Below are positions 27,184-36,780 of a DNA stretch of 55,857 nucleotides, piece by piece (position 1 is the stretch's first letter; every line of letters starts with the position of its first letter). A model generated the notes under the pieces. That model saw only the letters and a program-made list of their open reading frames with translations, was not told the origin of the DNA and did not search any database. A program made the position numbers and the translations under genes. The stretch comes from Clostridiales bacterium (GTDB taxonomy: Bacteria; Bacillota; Limnochordia; Darwinibacteriales; B1SED10-159): positions 1 through 55,857 of the forward strand of contig PUOC01000169.1 in assembly GCA_003551965.1 (NCBI GenBank). The letters are read 5' to 3'.

Positions 27184-30100
27184 ATGGAAATACATCATCC
27201 TTTGTCCATCTGCATGTGCATTCGCCCTATTCCTTTTTGGATGGGGCGTCTTCTATCCAATCATTGGTGGAAAAAGCCGCGCAGCTGCATATGCCTGCCC
27301 TGGCTTTAACCGACCATCACAGCCTCAGCGGAGCCGTGGAATTCCAGAAAATAGCAAGGCAGCACGGCATTCATCCCATTCTCGGCACCGAAATTTCTCT
27401 AGAGGGCTGCCACCTAACACTCTTGGCTGAAAACACTTCTGGATACCAAAGCCTCTGCAGGCTTTTGACGGAAGCACTGTCGCAAGACCGCCATGCCCCT
27501 AACCTAACATGGGAACAGCTGCAGATACTGCAGCCGCAGGGAGTCATTGCCTTAACCGGATGCCGCCGGTCGGCCGTCTGCCGCTCCCTGTTAGAACGAG
27601 ATCCCGAAAGGGCTCAAAATATCGTGGGCCTGCTGCAGGATATCTTCGGCTCTGGCCAAGTATACATTGAAATGACCCAAGCCTATCTTCCGCAAAGCCG
27701 CTACCTGCTAGAAGCCCTGTTTTTTCTGGGACAGCAGACAGGTATACCCGTGGTTGCTGCGAACAATGTCCACTATGCCGACAAAGAAAATTTTCCCGTT
27801 CATGATCTGCTGGCCTGTGTGCGCACGAAGACAACGGTGGAGGATATCCATTCCGAGCGTCCCCTCAACGACGAACAGTATCTAGCCTCCAGTGCAGAAA
27901 TGGCCCGCCGTTTCCATGACTACCCTGAAGCTTTGGCAAATACCCTGGAAGTTGCCCAGCGCTGTCAAGAAAGCCTGCGCCTTGGCCAGCATTTATTTCC
28001 GCGGTTTTCCCATCCGGCCATGGAAGGAAAATCCGCCGCCGATTTTTTGACCGCCCTGGTCTGGCAGGGAGCCCGAAAGCGCTATGGAAGCATAAACTCC
28101 ACAGTGGAAAACCGGCTCCAGCATGAAATGCATGTGATCAAAACATTGGATGTCGCCGATTATTTTCTCGCCGTTTGGGATATTGTCCAGTTCGCCAAAG
28201 GCAACGGTATTGTCTGGGCCGGTCGGGGGTCTGCAGCCGATTCGGCCGTTGCTTACTGCCTGGAATTGACCAATGTGGATTCCATTGGACGCGGCTTACT
28301 GTTTGAGCGCTTCTTAAGCCTGGAGCGTTCCCAGACGCCGGACATTGACATTGATTTTGATGCCTCCCGCAGAGACGAAGTGGCAGATTATGTCTATCGG
28401 CGCTATGGCAAAGATTATACGGCATCGGTCTGTACGTTCAGTACCTATCATGCCCGTTCTGCGCTGCGGGATTTTGGGCGCGCCCTAGGCCTGAACAGTC
28501 AAGAACTTCGGGCTGTAACGGCGCACATCCCCCATGTCCCCGCCGATGGATTGCCCCAGGCACTGCAGTCGCTGCCGGAACTAAGCGGGCATCCTCTGCA
28601 GCATCAGAAGTACCAACCGTTGGTTGCATTTTGTGCTGCCGTCACCGGATTTCCGCGGCACCGGGGTACCCACTTGGGAGGTATGGTCATCAGCGGCCAG
28701 CCGCTGTGGCTGGTAAGCCCGCTGCAGCCTTCGGCCAAAGGTGTATCCATTATTCAATTTGACAAAGAAACCCTGGAAGATTTAGGATTGATCAAGTTGG
28801 ATCTGCTTTCTCTTCGTACCCTGTCCGCCGTACACCATGTGGAGAAGAAGTTGGAAAAACAGGGTGGTTACGAAGTCATGGAGCCAGATCGTTCTACCTA
28901 TGCCATGCTCAACCGCGGCGAAACCGTGGGAGTTTTTCAACTGGAAAGCCCTGCCCAACGCAGTCTGCAAGGGCGTCTGCAGGCAGAATCCATGGAAGAC
29001 ATTATCGCCAGTGTGGCCTTGATTCGGCCGGGCCCGATTCAAGGAGACATGGTGCATCCCTTTATCCGCCGGCGAAGGGGTGAAGAACCGCCCAGCTATA
29101 TTCATCCCAAACTAGAGCCTATTCTCAGCAAGACATATGGCGTGGTATTGTACCAGGAACAGGTGATTGCCATTGCCACGGAAATTGCCGGCTTTACCCC
29201 GGGTGAAGCCGACCGTCTGCGGCGGGTGATGAGTAAATTCCGCTCCCATCAGGAAATGGAATCCATCGGCCGGTTGTTTCAAGAGCGCGCCGCCCAGCAG
29301 GGCATTGACAATGATACAGCAGCGATTATATTCTCCTATATCCAGGGCTATGCCGGCTACGGCTTCTGCGAAGCCCATGCAGCCGCGTTTGCCGATACAG
29401 CCTACAAAACCGCCTATCTTTTGAATCATTATCCTGCCCAGTTCTATGCAGCCTTGTTAAATCAACAGCCCATGGGGTATTACCCTCCGAATACACTGTG
29501 TTTGCATGCCAGGCTGCGGGGCATCTCGATACAGCCTTTAGACATTGCCTTGAGCGAGGCACTGTGCAGTGCTGACGAAAGCCAGCTCCGCATTGGGTTT
29601 AACCAGGTAAAGGGCCTGGAACAGGCAGAAATCGATAACATCTTAGAAACGCGCCGGCAGAGCCCATTCGTCTCCGTTTCCGACTTTGTCTGCCGCACCT
29701 CTGTGTCCGGCGGTGCACTGGAGTCCTTGGTTCTCGGCGGAGCTTTTGATCGCCTTCGTCCTAACCGGCGTGCTCTGCTCTGGGACTGTGCCCGGCTCTT
29801 GAAACATCGCAAGAGCCAGCTTCATCTAGAAGAAGCAGAAGTTTCGTCCAGCACTGGAGACTTTCCGCCGCTGGAGCGCTGGGTCAGGGAGTACAAAGCC
29901 CTCGGCCTATCTGCCCGCGGCCATATTATGGAATTCTTTCGCGACAGCTTAAAACAGCGGGGAGCGGTCAGCAGCCGTCAAATCCGCCAAGGCCATCTTA
30001 GCCGCGTCACCACCGCCGGCTTGGTGATTCGCCCGCACCGTCCACCGACCAAAAGCGGTCGCGTAGTGGTCTTTCTTACCCTTGAAGACGAGGAAGGCTT

Positions 30101-30263
30101 AATCGACATTACGATCTTTGAGTCGGTGTATTACCGCTGCGCCCAAATCCTGTTTTCCTGCCCCCTGCTGGAAATTGAGGGGACGGTCAGCCGCGATGGC
30201 CAATCGGTCAGCGTCACAGCGCAGCAAATTCGAGCCCTTCATCCGGAAAAAAGCCAATGCTAG
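27180..30263 (+). CDS. dnaE2: Error-prone DNA polymerase III alpha-like subunit
   Basis: 1027 aa. It has an N-terminal PHP domain (FVHLHVHSPYSFLDGAS..ALTDHHSLSG) and Pol III alpha core blocks (..PDIDIDF.., ..LLSLRTLS.., ..GVFQLES..). The length and the imuB and LexA-box context fit DnaE2 rather than the replicative DnaE. Confidence 0.88.
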   Translation: MNGNTSSFVHLHVHSPYSFLDGASSIQSLVEKAAQLHMPALALTDHHSLSGAVEFQKIARQHGIHPILGTEISLEGCHLTLLAENTSGYQSLCRLLTEALSQDRHAPNLTWEQLQILQPQGVIALTGCRRSAVCRSLLERDPERAQNIVGLLQDIFGSGQVYIEMTQAYLPQSRYLLEALFFLGQQTGIPVVAANNVHYADKENFPVHDLLACVRTKTTVEDIHSERPLNDEQYLASSAEMARRFHDYPEALANTLEVAQRCQESLRLGQHLFPRFSHPAMEGKSAADFLTALVWQGARKRYGSINSTVENRLQHEMHVIKTLDVADYFLAVWDIVQFAKGNGIVWAGRGSAADSAVAYCLELTNVDSIGRGLLFERFLSLERSQTPDIDIDFDASRRDEVADYVYRRYGKDYTASVCTFSTYHARSALRDFGRALGLNSQELRAVTAHIPHVPADGLPQALQSLPELSGHPLQHQKYQPLVAFCAAVTGFPRHRGTHLGGMVISGQPLWLVSPLQPSAKGVSIIQFDKETLEDLGLIKLDLLSLRTLSAVHHVEKKLEKQGGYEVMEPDRSTYAMLNRGETVGVFQLESPAQRSLQGRLQAESMEDIIASVALIRPGPIQGDMVHPFIRRRRGEEPPSYIHPKLEPILSKTYGVVLYQEQVIAIATEIAGFTPGEADRLRRVMSKFRSHQEMESIGRLFQERAAQQGIDNDTAAIIFSYIQGYAGYGFCEAHAAAFADTAYKTAYLLNHYPAQFYAALLNQQPMGYYPPNTLCLHARLRGISIQPLDIALSEALCSADESQLRIGFNQVKGLEQAEIDNILETRRQSPFVSVSDFVCRTSVSGGALESLVLGGAFDRLRPNRRALLWDCARLLKHRKSQLHLEEAEVSSSTGDFPPLERWVREYKALGLSARGHIMEFFRDSLKQRGAVSSRQIRQGHLSRVTTAGLVIRPHRPPTKSGRVVVFLTLEDEEGLIDITIFESVYYRCAQILFSCPLLEIEGTVSRDGQSVSVTAQQIRALHPEKSQC

Positions 30264-30398
30264 CGGTCAACTTCAGAGGATCGACAGCAGGAAATACGGC
30301 TATGATCCCCGAAGAAGTATTAGGTATTTTTGCGTTCTCTCGTCAAAGATACGGTGATACATGATTGATTTTTGCAAACCGCAAAGGGAGGACTCGCC

Positions 30399-33300
30399 AT
30401 GCATCACCTTTCTAGGTTCGCTGTCAACCGCCCTGTGGCAGTTACGGTTCTTATATTAGTCATTCTTTTTCTGGGCGGCCTTTCAGCACAGCGAATTGGA
30501 ATTGATCTATTACCTGACATTAACTTTCCCGTAGCTGTGGTGGTTACCGTTTACCCCAATGCCCAGCCCGAAGTGGTGGAAGACGATGTAACCCGCCCCT
30601 TAGAAGCAGCTCTGGCCGGCGTAGGAGGTATTCGAAGACAGGATTCATTCAGTTACGAAAATGTTTCTGCGATTATCATGCAGATGGATTGGAACACAAA
30701 CATGATCGAGGCCGTCGACGCGATGCGCTCCAATTTGGCCCAGGCCTCCCTTCTCCTCCCATCCGACGCACAGGAACCGGTGGTGGCCCGCATTGATCCC
30801 AATGAGTTTCCCTTGATGCTGGTCGGCGTGTCCAGCGAAGATCTCGACGCCATTGATCTTTCCCGGCGCTTGGAGGAGCTGCAGCCTCTCATTGAACAAG
30901 TGCCCGGCGTGGCGGAAGCTGGGCTCTTGGGTCTGGAGCGTTCCGAAATTGAAGTCCGCTATACGCCGGAAAAACTAGCAGACATAGACATCACCGCAGG
31001 ACTCTTGGAACAAATGATCACCTACCAGAACATGATCGTACCGGGTGGAGTGGTCTCCGACGATGAGCGGCGTTACAATGTCCGGGCCGGCCATCGATTT
31101 CAAAGCATAGAAGAGCTGAATGACTTGATTGTCGGCACCAAAGAGGATACTAGCATTCTCAGTCTTGGCGGCCTCATACCGTCGTTCCTCTACTTATCCG
31201 ACGTCGCTTCTGTGGAAGAAAGAGTCAGCCCTCGGGACGGATTAACTCGTCTCAACAACGATGACGCCATTATGCTCCGTGTCATGAAACAGTCGGGAGC
31301 CAATACGGTCCAGGTGGCTTCTGCGGTCAACGAACAACTGGACAGTCTCCAGGAAACCTATCCCGACCTCAATTTCGAGACCATAGTCAGCCAGGCAGAC
31401 TTCGTGGTGTCTTCCGTCACCACGCTGGCCCTCAACGGGCTCATTGGCGCTGCCCTGGCTCTTATGGTGCTGTTTTTGTTCCTGCGCAACGTTCACAGTC
31501 TTTTGATCATTGGATTTGCCATACCGATCTCCGTGATCGGAAGTTTTTCCATGGTTTATTTCGGCAATTTGACCTTAAACCTCATGACCCTAGGCGGCCT
31601 CGCCTTGGGAGGCGGCATGTTGGTCGATTCTTCCATTGTTGTTCTCGAAAACATTTACCGCCACCGCCTGGAAGGGCAAGAACCGAAGCTCGCTGCCGAA
31701 AAGGGAAGTCAAGAAATGGCGTCCGCCATCATTGCGTCCACCACGACGACCCTGGCTGTGTTTTTGCCTGTGATTTTCATGGAAAGTATCGCCGGAGAAA
31801 TCTTCAAAGAGTTGGGTATGACGGTATCCTTCTCTCTGTTTGCATCCCTGATCGTGGCACTGACCGTGGTACCCATGCTCAGTGCAAGGATGTACCGTGT
31901 AAACGCCGATGCTCCCACTTCCGGATACGGCCCATTGTTTTCCCGGCTGCAGCGCTTTTATACGAGGATATTGGAAAAAGTTCTCCGGCGCAAGGCAGTC
32001 GTCGCAGTGATTGTCCTCATCGCGGTGGGCCTGGCGGTTGCGGCCTTTCCCCAGCTCGGCGAAGAGTTTCTTCCCACCTTTGATGAGGGCTTTCTGGGCA
32101 TGCAGGCCTCCATCCCCGCCGGACTGCCCATGTCCGACGTCAGGGAAATTGTCGAGTCCTTTGAAGAACAGGTCCTGGATATTCCGGAGGTAAACAATGT
32201 TTCAGTGCAATTGGGGGATCAGGGCGGTACTGACCTGTTGACCATGATCTACGGGGCCAATTTCTACTCGGCCGAGATCCAAATTACCTTGGCCCCTTCC
32301 ACCGAGCGCCGGCGCAGCAGCTCTGTCATCGCCCGGGCAGTGCAGGAGAAGGCTGAAGATGCAGGTTTTTGGCGAAGTACCGTGGTGGAAACATCCTTGT
32401 TTGGCTCCACGGGCACATTCTTAGCTCCCAATCTGGTTTTGGAGATCCGAGGAGCTGGATTCGACAGCAACATGGAAATAGCTGATGAACTGATAGATGG
32501 CCTAAACCAGGTGCCGGGGGTGGCAGATGCCCATACCTTGGCCACGGAAAAAACCTATGATCTGTTCTTGGACGTGGACCCGGCCCGCAGCATCACCGCC
32601 GGCCTGACATCGGGCCAGATTGGCTTGGCGGTGCGCCAGGCCACAACAGGGGTGGAAGCCACGGAGCTTCTCTTGGAAGACCGCAGCCTTCCGGTGGTCC
32701 TGCGGCCGGATACGGACCCCAATACGGTAGAGGGGCTGATGGGCTCCACCGTCACGTCACCCATTCCCATTGACGGCTTTGGCGATCAGCCGGTGCGGCT
32801 GGATCGGGTGACGGAGAAAAAAGTAACCGAAACACCGCCGCTTCTGCAGCGGACCGACCGCCGCCGGGTTGTCAACGTTACGGCTATACTCGATGGCATT
32901 GACGTCTCCGATGCCAATGCCGAGGCCCAGCGAATCCTGGCGGACATGGACATCCCGGACGGCCATTCCGTGCATGTGGGCGGTATGCAGCAGTACATTG
33001 ATGAATCCCAGGCGGACCTGTACAGCGCACTATTCATAGCCGTGTTTCTTGTCTATTTCGTCATGGCAGCCCAATTCGAATCTTTCCTGCAGCCGCTGAC
33101 AATCATGGTATCGGTACCCTTGGCTTTGGTCGGTGCCATACTCGCCCTCTATCTGACAGGGCACCGCATCGGAGTGACATCACTGATCGGCATGATCATC
33201 TTGACCGGGATTGTGGTCAATAACGCTATTGTGCTGGTGGATTACATCAACCGGCAGCGGCGTCGGGGATTTTCTGTTCATGACGCGGTCATTCGGGCCG

Positions 33301-33557
33301 CGAGAATTCGGCTGCGGCCAATACTGATGACGGCCATTACCACGATCCTAGGCTTAGTCCCCTTGGCCATCGGATTCGGAGAAGGAAGCGAAATCCAGGT
33401 TCCCTTGGCCATTGCCGTCATCGGAGGCCTGATCACTGCCACACTCCTGACGCTGTTTGTTATTCCGGCCGCCTACACCTTCATTGCGCACGTCAGCAGT
33501 TCGGTGACAAAAGCATTTTTCGACCGTTCCGGGCCCCGTCATAAACCCCGTGATTGA
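30399..33557 (+). CDS. RND efflux transporter permease (AcrB/HAE family)
   Basis: About 1050 aa with a 12-TM RND architecture. It starts MHHLSRFAVNRPVAVTVLILVILFLGG..IDLLPDINFPVAVVVTVYPNA. The start was set to the ATG at 30399 after an AGGGAGGA SD. Confidence 0.9.
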   Translation: MHHLSRFAVNRPVAVTVLILVILFLGGLSAQRIGIDLLPDINFPVAVVVTVYPNAQPEVVEDDVTRPLEAALAGVGGIRRQDSFSYENVSAIIMQMDWNTNMIEAVDAMRSNLAQASLLLPSDAQEPVVARIDPNEFPLMLVGVSSEDLDAIDLSRRLEELQPLIEQVPGVAEAGLLGLERSEIEVRYTPEKLADIDITAGLLEQMITYQNMIVPGGVVSDDERRYNVRAGHRFQSIEELNDLIVGTKEDTSILSLGGLIPSFLYLSDVASVEERVSPRDGLTRLNNDDAIMLRVMKQSGANTVQVASAVNEQLDSLQETYPDLNFETIVSQADFVVSSVTTLALNGLIGAALALMVLFLFLRNVHSLLIIGFAIPISVIGSFSMVYFGNLTLNLMTLGGLALGGGMLVDSSIVVLENIYRHRLEGQEPKLAAEKGSQEMASAIIASTTTTLAVFLPVIFMESIAGEIFKELGMTVSFSLFASLIVALTVVPMLSARMYRVNADAPTSGYGPLFSRLQRFYTRILEKVLRRKAVVAVIVLIAVGLAVAAFPQLGEEFLPTFDEGFLGMQASIPAGLPMSDVREIVESFEEQVLDIPEVNNVSVQLGDQGGTDLLTMIYGANFYSAEIQITLAPSTERRRSSSVIARAVQEKAEDAGFWRSTVVETSLFGSTGTFLAPNLVLEIRGAGFDSNMEIADELIDGLNQVPGVADAHTLATEKTYDLFLDVDPARSITAGLTSGQIGLAVRQATTGVEATELLLEDRSLPVVLRPDTDPNTVEGLMGSTVTSPIPIDGFGDQPVRLDRVTEKKVTETPPLLQRTDRRRVVNVTAILDGIDVSDANAEAQRILADMDIPDGHSVHVGGMQQYIDESQADLYSALFIAVFLVYFVMAAQFESFLQPLTIMVSVPLALVGAILALYLTGHRIGVTSLIGMIILTGIVVNNAIVLVDYINRQRRRGFSVHDAVIRAARIRLRPILMTAITTILGLVPLAIGFGEGSEIQVPLAIAVIGGLITATLLTLFVIPAAYTFIAHVSSSVTKAFFDRSGPRHKPRD

Positions 33558-33571
33558 ATCCATTGCAACGG

Positions 33572-33614
33572 AAGAACTCCCACCGGCCGATGGCTGGGGG
33601 AGTTCTCTATTTTG
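33572..33614. terminator. Terminator between the convergent RND and amidohydrolase genes
   Basis: AGAACTCCC..GGGAGTTCT forms a 9-10 bp stem with a ~13-nt loop, followed by CTATTTT on the plus strand. Confidence 0.7.
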
Positions 33615-33641
33615 CGGTATGCCTTTCCCCAAGGTTGTGGT

Positions 33642-35201
33642 CTAGCGTTCAAACACCTGCTGCCCTTCAAAGAATGTGGCCAGCACTTCCGTTTCTTTGA
33701 GTATCTCGGGATCCTCTGCCAGGATGTCCTGGGACAGTACGACAAAATCTGCCCGCTGGCCGGGGGCCAATGTGCCTCGGTAGTGGGCTTCGCCAGCTGC
33801 AGCCGCACTGCCGTACGTATAGGCACGTATCGCTTCATACACAGAGATGGCTTCGTGAGCGCGCCATGGATTCGTGTCCGGCTCCGTCCACTGTTTGCGG
33901 GCAACCGCACTGTAAAGGCCCAGCATTACATCCAATGATTCCACCGGTGAGTCAGAACCAAACGCCACCAGGGTACCGTGATCCAATAGGCTGCGGAAGG
34001 GATAGATCGTCCGGCAGCGCTCACCCCAGTGCCGCTCCGCCATATATCGATCCATGGGGCATTGGGTGGGCTGCATGGACGCTGCCGCGTTCACCGCCGC
34101 CAGGCGGGGAACGTCTGCCGGATCTAAGAGCTGGGCATGTTCGATGCGGTTGATTAGCCCATGGCTGCCTTCCGCCTCCAGGGCATTGAGCACGGCACGG
34201 TTGGCACCATCACCGATGGCATGGACAAGCACAGGGATTCCGCCTTGGTTGGCTGTGCGCACCAACTCTTTGAGTTCCTTTTCATCGGTCACGACCACAC
34301 CGGTGTACTGCTGCTCTCCTTCATAGGGCTGCAGCATCCAAGCAGTTTGGGAACCCAAGGAACCGTCGGCGAAAATTTTGACGCCTCCAAAACGCAGGTA
34401 TTCGCTGCCGAAGCCGCCCTGCAGGCCAAGCCGCCGCAATGCATCCAATTCCGATACGGGTGCCGCCAGCCATCCCCGGAAATCCACAGGCCCGCTGCGG
34501 ATCAACTCCTGCCAGGTCTCCCAGGTATCGCGCCCTTCCATGGTGTGGACAGCGGTGATGCCATGGGCGTGGGCATGCTTGATGGCTGTCTGCAGTGCCT
34601 TCTTCTTCTCACTGGCCGTTGGTTCCGGCAGTTGGGAGACGATGGCATCGGCCGCCGTCTCTTTGCAAAGGCCGCTGAACTGACCCGATGCATCCCGTTC
34701 AATCACTCCGCCCTTGGGGTCCGGCGTATCCGCCGTAATACCCATCTGCTCTGCCGCTAGCTGGTTCAGCCATACTGTGTGCCCGTCCTTTGAGATCAAT
34801 GCCACGGGATGCACACTGGTTTTTTCATCGAGCCATTCCCGCCGGGGCGCGCCGCAGTCCCAGAGATTGGCATCGAAGCCGCGGCCGATAATCCACTGTC
34901 CCGGCGCACTTTCGCCAGCAGCTTCCTTTACCATGGCCAATGTTTCCTCCAATGAAGCACCTTCCAGACGCAGACGCTCCAGGCCCAAGCCGAAACTCAG
35001 AAAGTGCAGATGGGCGTCGGTAAAGGAAGGCAGTACCGTACCCCCCTGGAGATCAACAAGGTTCGCCCTAGGAGCCAAGGTCCGTATGTCCTCCGCTTCT
35101 CCCACCGCGGCCACACTTCCGCTGCGTACCAACATCGCCTGGTACACAGCTCCTTCTTCTTCCATGGTGTAGATGTTTCCATTGGTTACAATTACGTCCA
35201 A
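33642..35201 (-). CDS. Amidohydrolase family protein (Amidohydro_3 / YtcJ-like)
   Basis: It shows ..VIVTNGNIYTMEE.., FTDAHLHF (metal ligands), VLVHAIGDGANRAVLNALE and FGSDSPVE. The TTG at 35201 has a GAAGGGA SD. The alternative ATG at 35228 lacks an SD. The 581-aa ORF in the track is over-extended. Confidence 0.85.
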   Translation of the reverse strand: MDVIVTNGNIYTMEEEGAVYQAMLVRSGSVAAVGEAEDIRTLAPRANLVDLQGGTVLPSFTDAHLHFLSFGLGLERLRLEGASLEETLAMVKEAAGESAPGQWIIGRGFDANLWDCGAPRREWLDEKTSVHPVALISKDGHTVWLNQLAAEQMGITADTPDPKGGVIERDASGQFSGLCKETAADAIVSQLPEPTASEKKKALQTAIKHAHAHGITAVHTMEGRDTWETWQELIRSGPVDFRGWLAAPVSELDALRRLGLQGGFGSEYLRFGGVKIFADGSLGSQTAWMLQPYEGEQQYTGVVVTDEKELKELVRTANQGGIPVLVHAIGDGANRAVLNALEAEGSHGLINRIEHAQLLDPADVPRLAAVNAAASMQPTQCPMDRYMAERHWGERCRTIYPFRSLLDHGTLVAFGSDSPVESLDVMLGLYSAVARKQWTEPDTNPWRAHEAISVYEAIRAYTYGSAAAAGEAHYRGTLAPGQRADFVVLSQDILAEDPEILKETEVLATFFEGQQVFER

Positions 35202-35235
35202 GAAAATCCCTTCTTCCCGCAAATTCATGGATTTC

Positions 35236-35264
35236 GACAAAAAGAAAAGGAGGGAACCCTCCTT
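35236..35264 (-). terminator. Rho-independent terminator after the Lrp/AsnC-domain gene
   Basis: On the minus strand, AAGGAGG-GTTC-CCTCCTT (a perfect 7-bp stem) is followed by TTCTTTTTG. Confidence 0.7.
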
Positions 35265-35373
35265 AGCAGACCTATTCCGCAAACACCCCTGCGGTGCCAA
35301 ATGCAGCCGCAAACATCTTGACTCGACGGAAAAACCAGTTCCGCTGCGGCACCACGCCCGGGCAGCAGCCCGG

Positions 35374-35676
35374 TCAGTCCGCATCATCCGGAGAGAAACG
35401 GTCCTGTGAGATCACCGTCTCGGTGTCTAGCACACCCTTGATCTTGCGGATTTTGGACCGCACCAGATCGACAATGGCGCCAGTACTGTCGGACGTCAGA
35501 CCGCGCCGCACTTCCAGCAGCACCAGGAGATCATGGGGCCCTGTTACCAAATGCACTTCCTGCACAAGATCAACCTGCAGCAGATGCTTGATCACTTGGT
35601 CTTCCTTGCCCGGAGCAACATCGACAAAAACAAAACCCGGCCTCGATATCCCTTTCACTGACACCACTCCTCCCAC
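35374..35676 (-). CDS. Stand-alone Lrp/AsnC ligand-binding (RAM) domain protein
   Basis: The 100-aa product ..GFVFVDVAPGKEDQVIKHLLQVDLVQEVHLVTGPHDLLVLLEV..IVDLVRSKIRKIKGVLDTETVI.. has the pattern of AsnC-type effector domains. It has no HTH. Confidence 0.7.
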   Translation of the reverse strand: MGGVVSVKGISRPGFVFVDVAPGKEDQVIKHLLQVDLVQEVHLVTGPHDLLVLLEVRRGLTSDSTGAIVDLVRSKIRKIKGVLDTETVISQDRFSPDDAD

Positions 35677-35773
35677 GGCTGTTATCCTCTAATATTGGGC
35701 ACCAATGTGCATAGTTCCTGCTCTATTCCAAAATTTCTTCGTTCGCTGCGGCCGGTCACGGTATCCAGGCAAC

Positions 35774-35802
35774 AAAAAAGGACGGAGGGTTCTCCTCCAT
35801 CC
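35774..35802 (-). terminator. Rho-independent terminator of trxA
   Basis: On the minus strand, GGATGGAGG-AGAAC-CCTCCGTCC (a 9-bp stem with one G-U pair) is followed by TTTTTT. Confidence 0.8.
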
Positions 35803-35815
35803 TCCATGCCTCTGG

Positions 35816-36142
35816 CTACAGCAGTTCATTGAGCTTTTCCTTCAGTTCCTCTTCATTCGGCACACCCACCATGGTCTCCATCGGTTCGCCATCCTTAAAC
35901 AGCATAATGGTGGGAATGCTCATGATGCCATATTGACCCGGTACCGATGCTGCGTCATCCACGTTCACTTTGGCTACTTTCACCTGGCCTTCGTACTCCT
36001 CGGCCAGCCTTTCGATCATGGGAGCCACCTGGCGGCAGGGGCCGCACCAAGGTGCCCAAAAATCCACCACAGCCGGACCGCTGCCCCGAAGAATTTCTTC
36101 TGCAAACGTATTGTCATCGAGTTCATGAATCTGCGCTGCCAT
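35816..36142 (-). CDS. trxA: Thioredoxin
   Basis: 108 aa. The active site reads VVDFWAPWCGPCRQVAP. The remainder includes ..YGIMSIPTIMLFKDGEP... Confidence 0.93.
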   Translation of the reverse strand: MAAQIHELDDNTFAEEILRGSGPAVVDFWAPWCGPCRQVAPMIERLAEEYEGQVKVAKVNVDDAASVPGQYGIMSIPTIMLFKDGEPMETMVGVPNEEELKEKLNELL

Positions 36143-36239
36143 GTAGATATCACCATCCCTTTCTGGGCACGCTGGCTATACGAAACCAACCTGTTGTGGC
36201 CTCTAGTCCCGCAGGCTGCGTGCAAAAGTTGTCGGGTTC

Positions 36240-36268
36240 ATTATAGGGAACCGTATAGCAACTGTCAA
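36240..36268 (-). promoter_or_regulatory. Consensus promoter for trxA
   Basis: On the minus strand, TTGACA (complement of 36263..36268), a 17-nt spacer, then TATAAT (complement of 36240..36245). Confidence 0.6.
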
Positions 36269-36316
36269 ACAAACAAGAGCCCGGGAAAGCACAACGCGTG
36301 CATTCCTGCGGGCCCT
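36266..36316 (-). terminator. Terminator candidate after rpsI
   Basis: On the minus strand, a GGGCCCG..CGGGCTC outer stem encloses a GCAC..GTGC hairpin, followed by TTGTTTGTTT. Confidence 0.5.
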
Positions 36317-36329
36317 TGCTGACAGGTAT

Positions 36330-36737
36330 TTACCGTTTCGAGAACTGAGGAGCCTTCCTGGCTTTTTTCAGCCCGTACTTTCTCCGTTCCTTCATACGCG
36401 GATCACGGGTGAGAAATCCAGCCCGCTTTAGGGGTGTACGCAGTTCGGAATCCACATGCAGCAGGGCCCGAGCAATACCATGCCGGACAGCGCCGGCCTG
36501 CCCGGACGGCCCTCCGCCGTCCACATTAACCATGACATCGTATTTTCCGTCTGTATCGGTTAAAACCAGCGGTTGGCGCACCATGGTCCGAAGTACATCG
36601 CGGCCGAAGTACTGGTCTATTTCGCGGCCGTTGATCAGTACTTTGCCGTTACCGGGAAGAACCCGAACTCGGGCCACAGCCGTCTTCCGGCGTCCCGTAC
36701 CGTAATACATTTCTGTTTCAACTACAGCGCTCAACAT
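36330..36737 (-). CDS. rpsI: 30S ribosomal protein S9
   Basis: The translation reads ..[47 protein letters not shown]. Confidence 0.95.
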   Translation of the reverse strand: MLSAVVETEMYYGTGRRKTAVARVRVLPGNGKVLINGREIDQYFGRDVLRTMVRQPLVLTDTDGKYDVMVNVDGGGPSGQAGAVRHGIARALLHVDSELRTPLKRAGFLTRDPRMKERRKYGLKKARKAPQFSKR

Positions 36738-36780
36738 TCTGCCTCCCTTCTTATCCTATCTCTTATCCGTTAACGAACGT

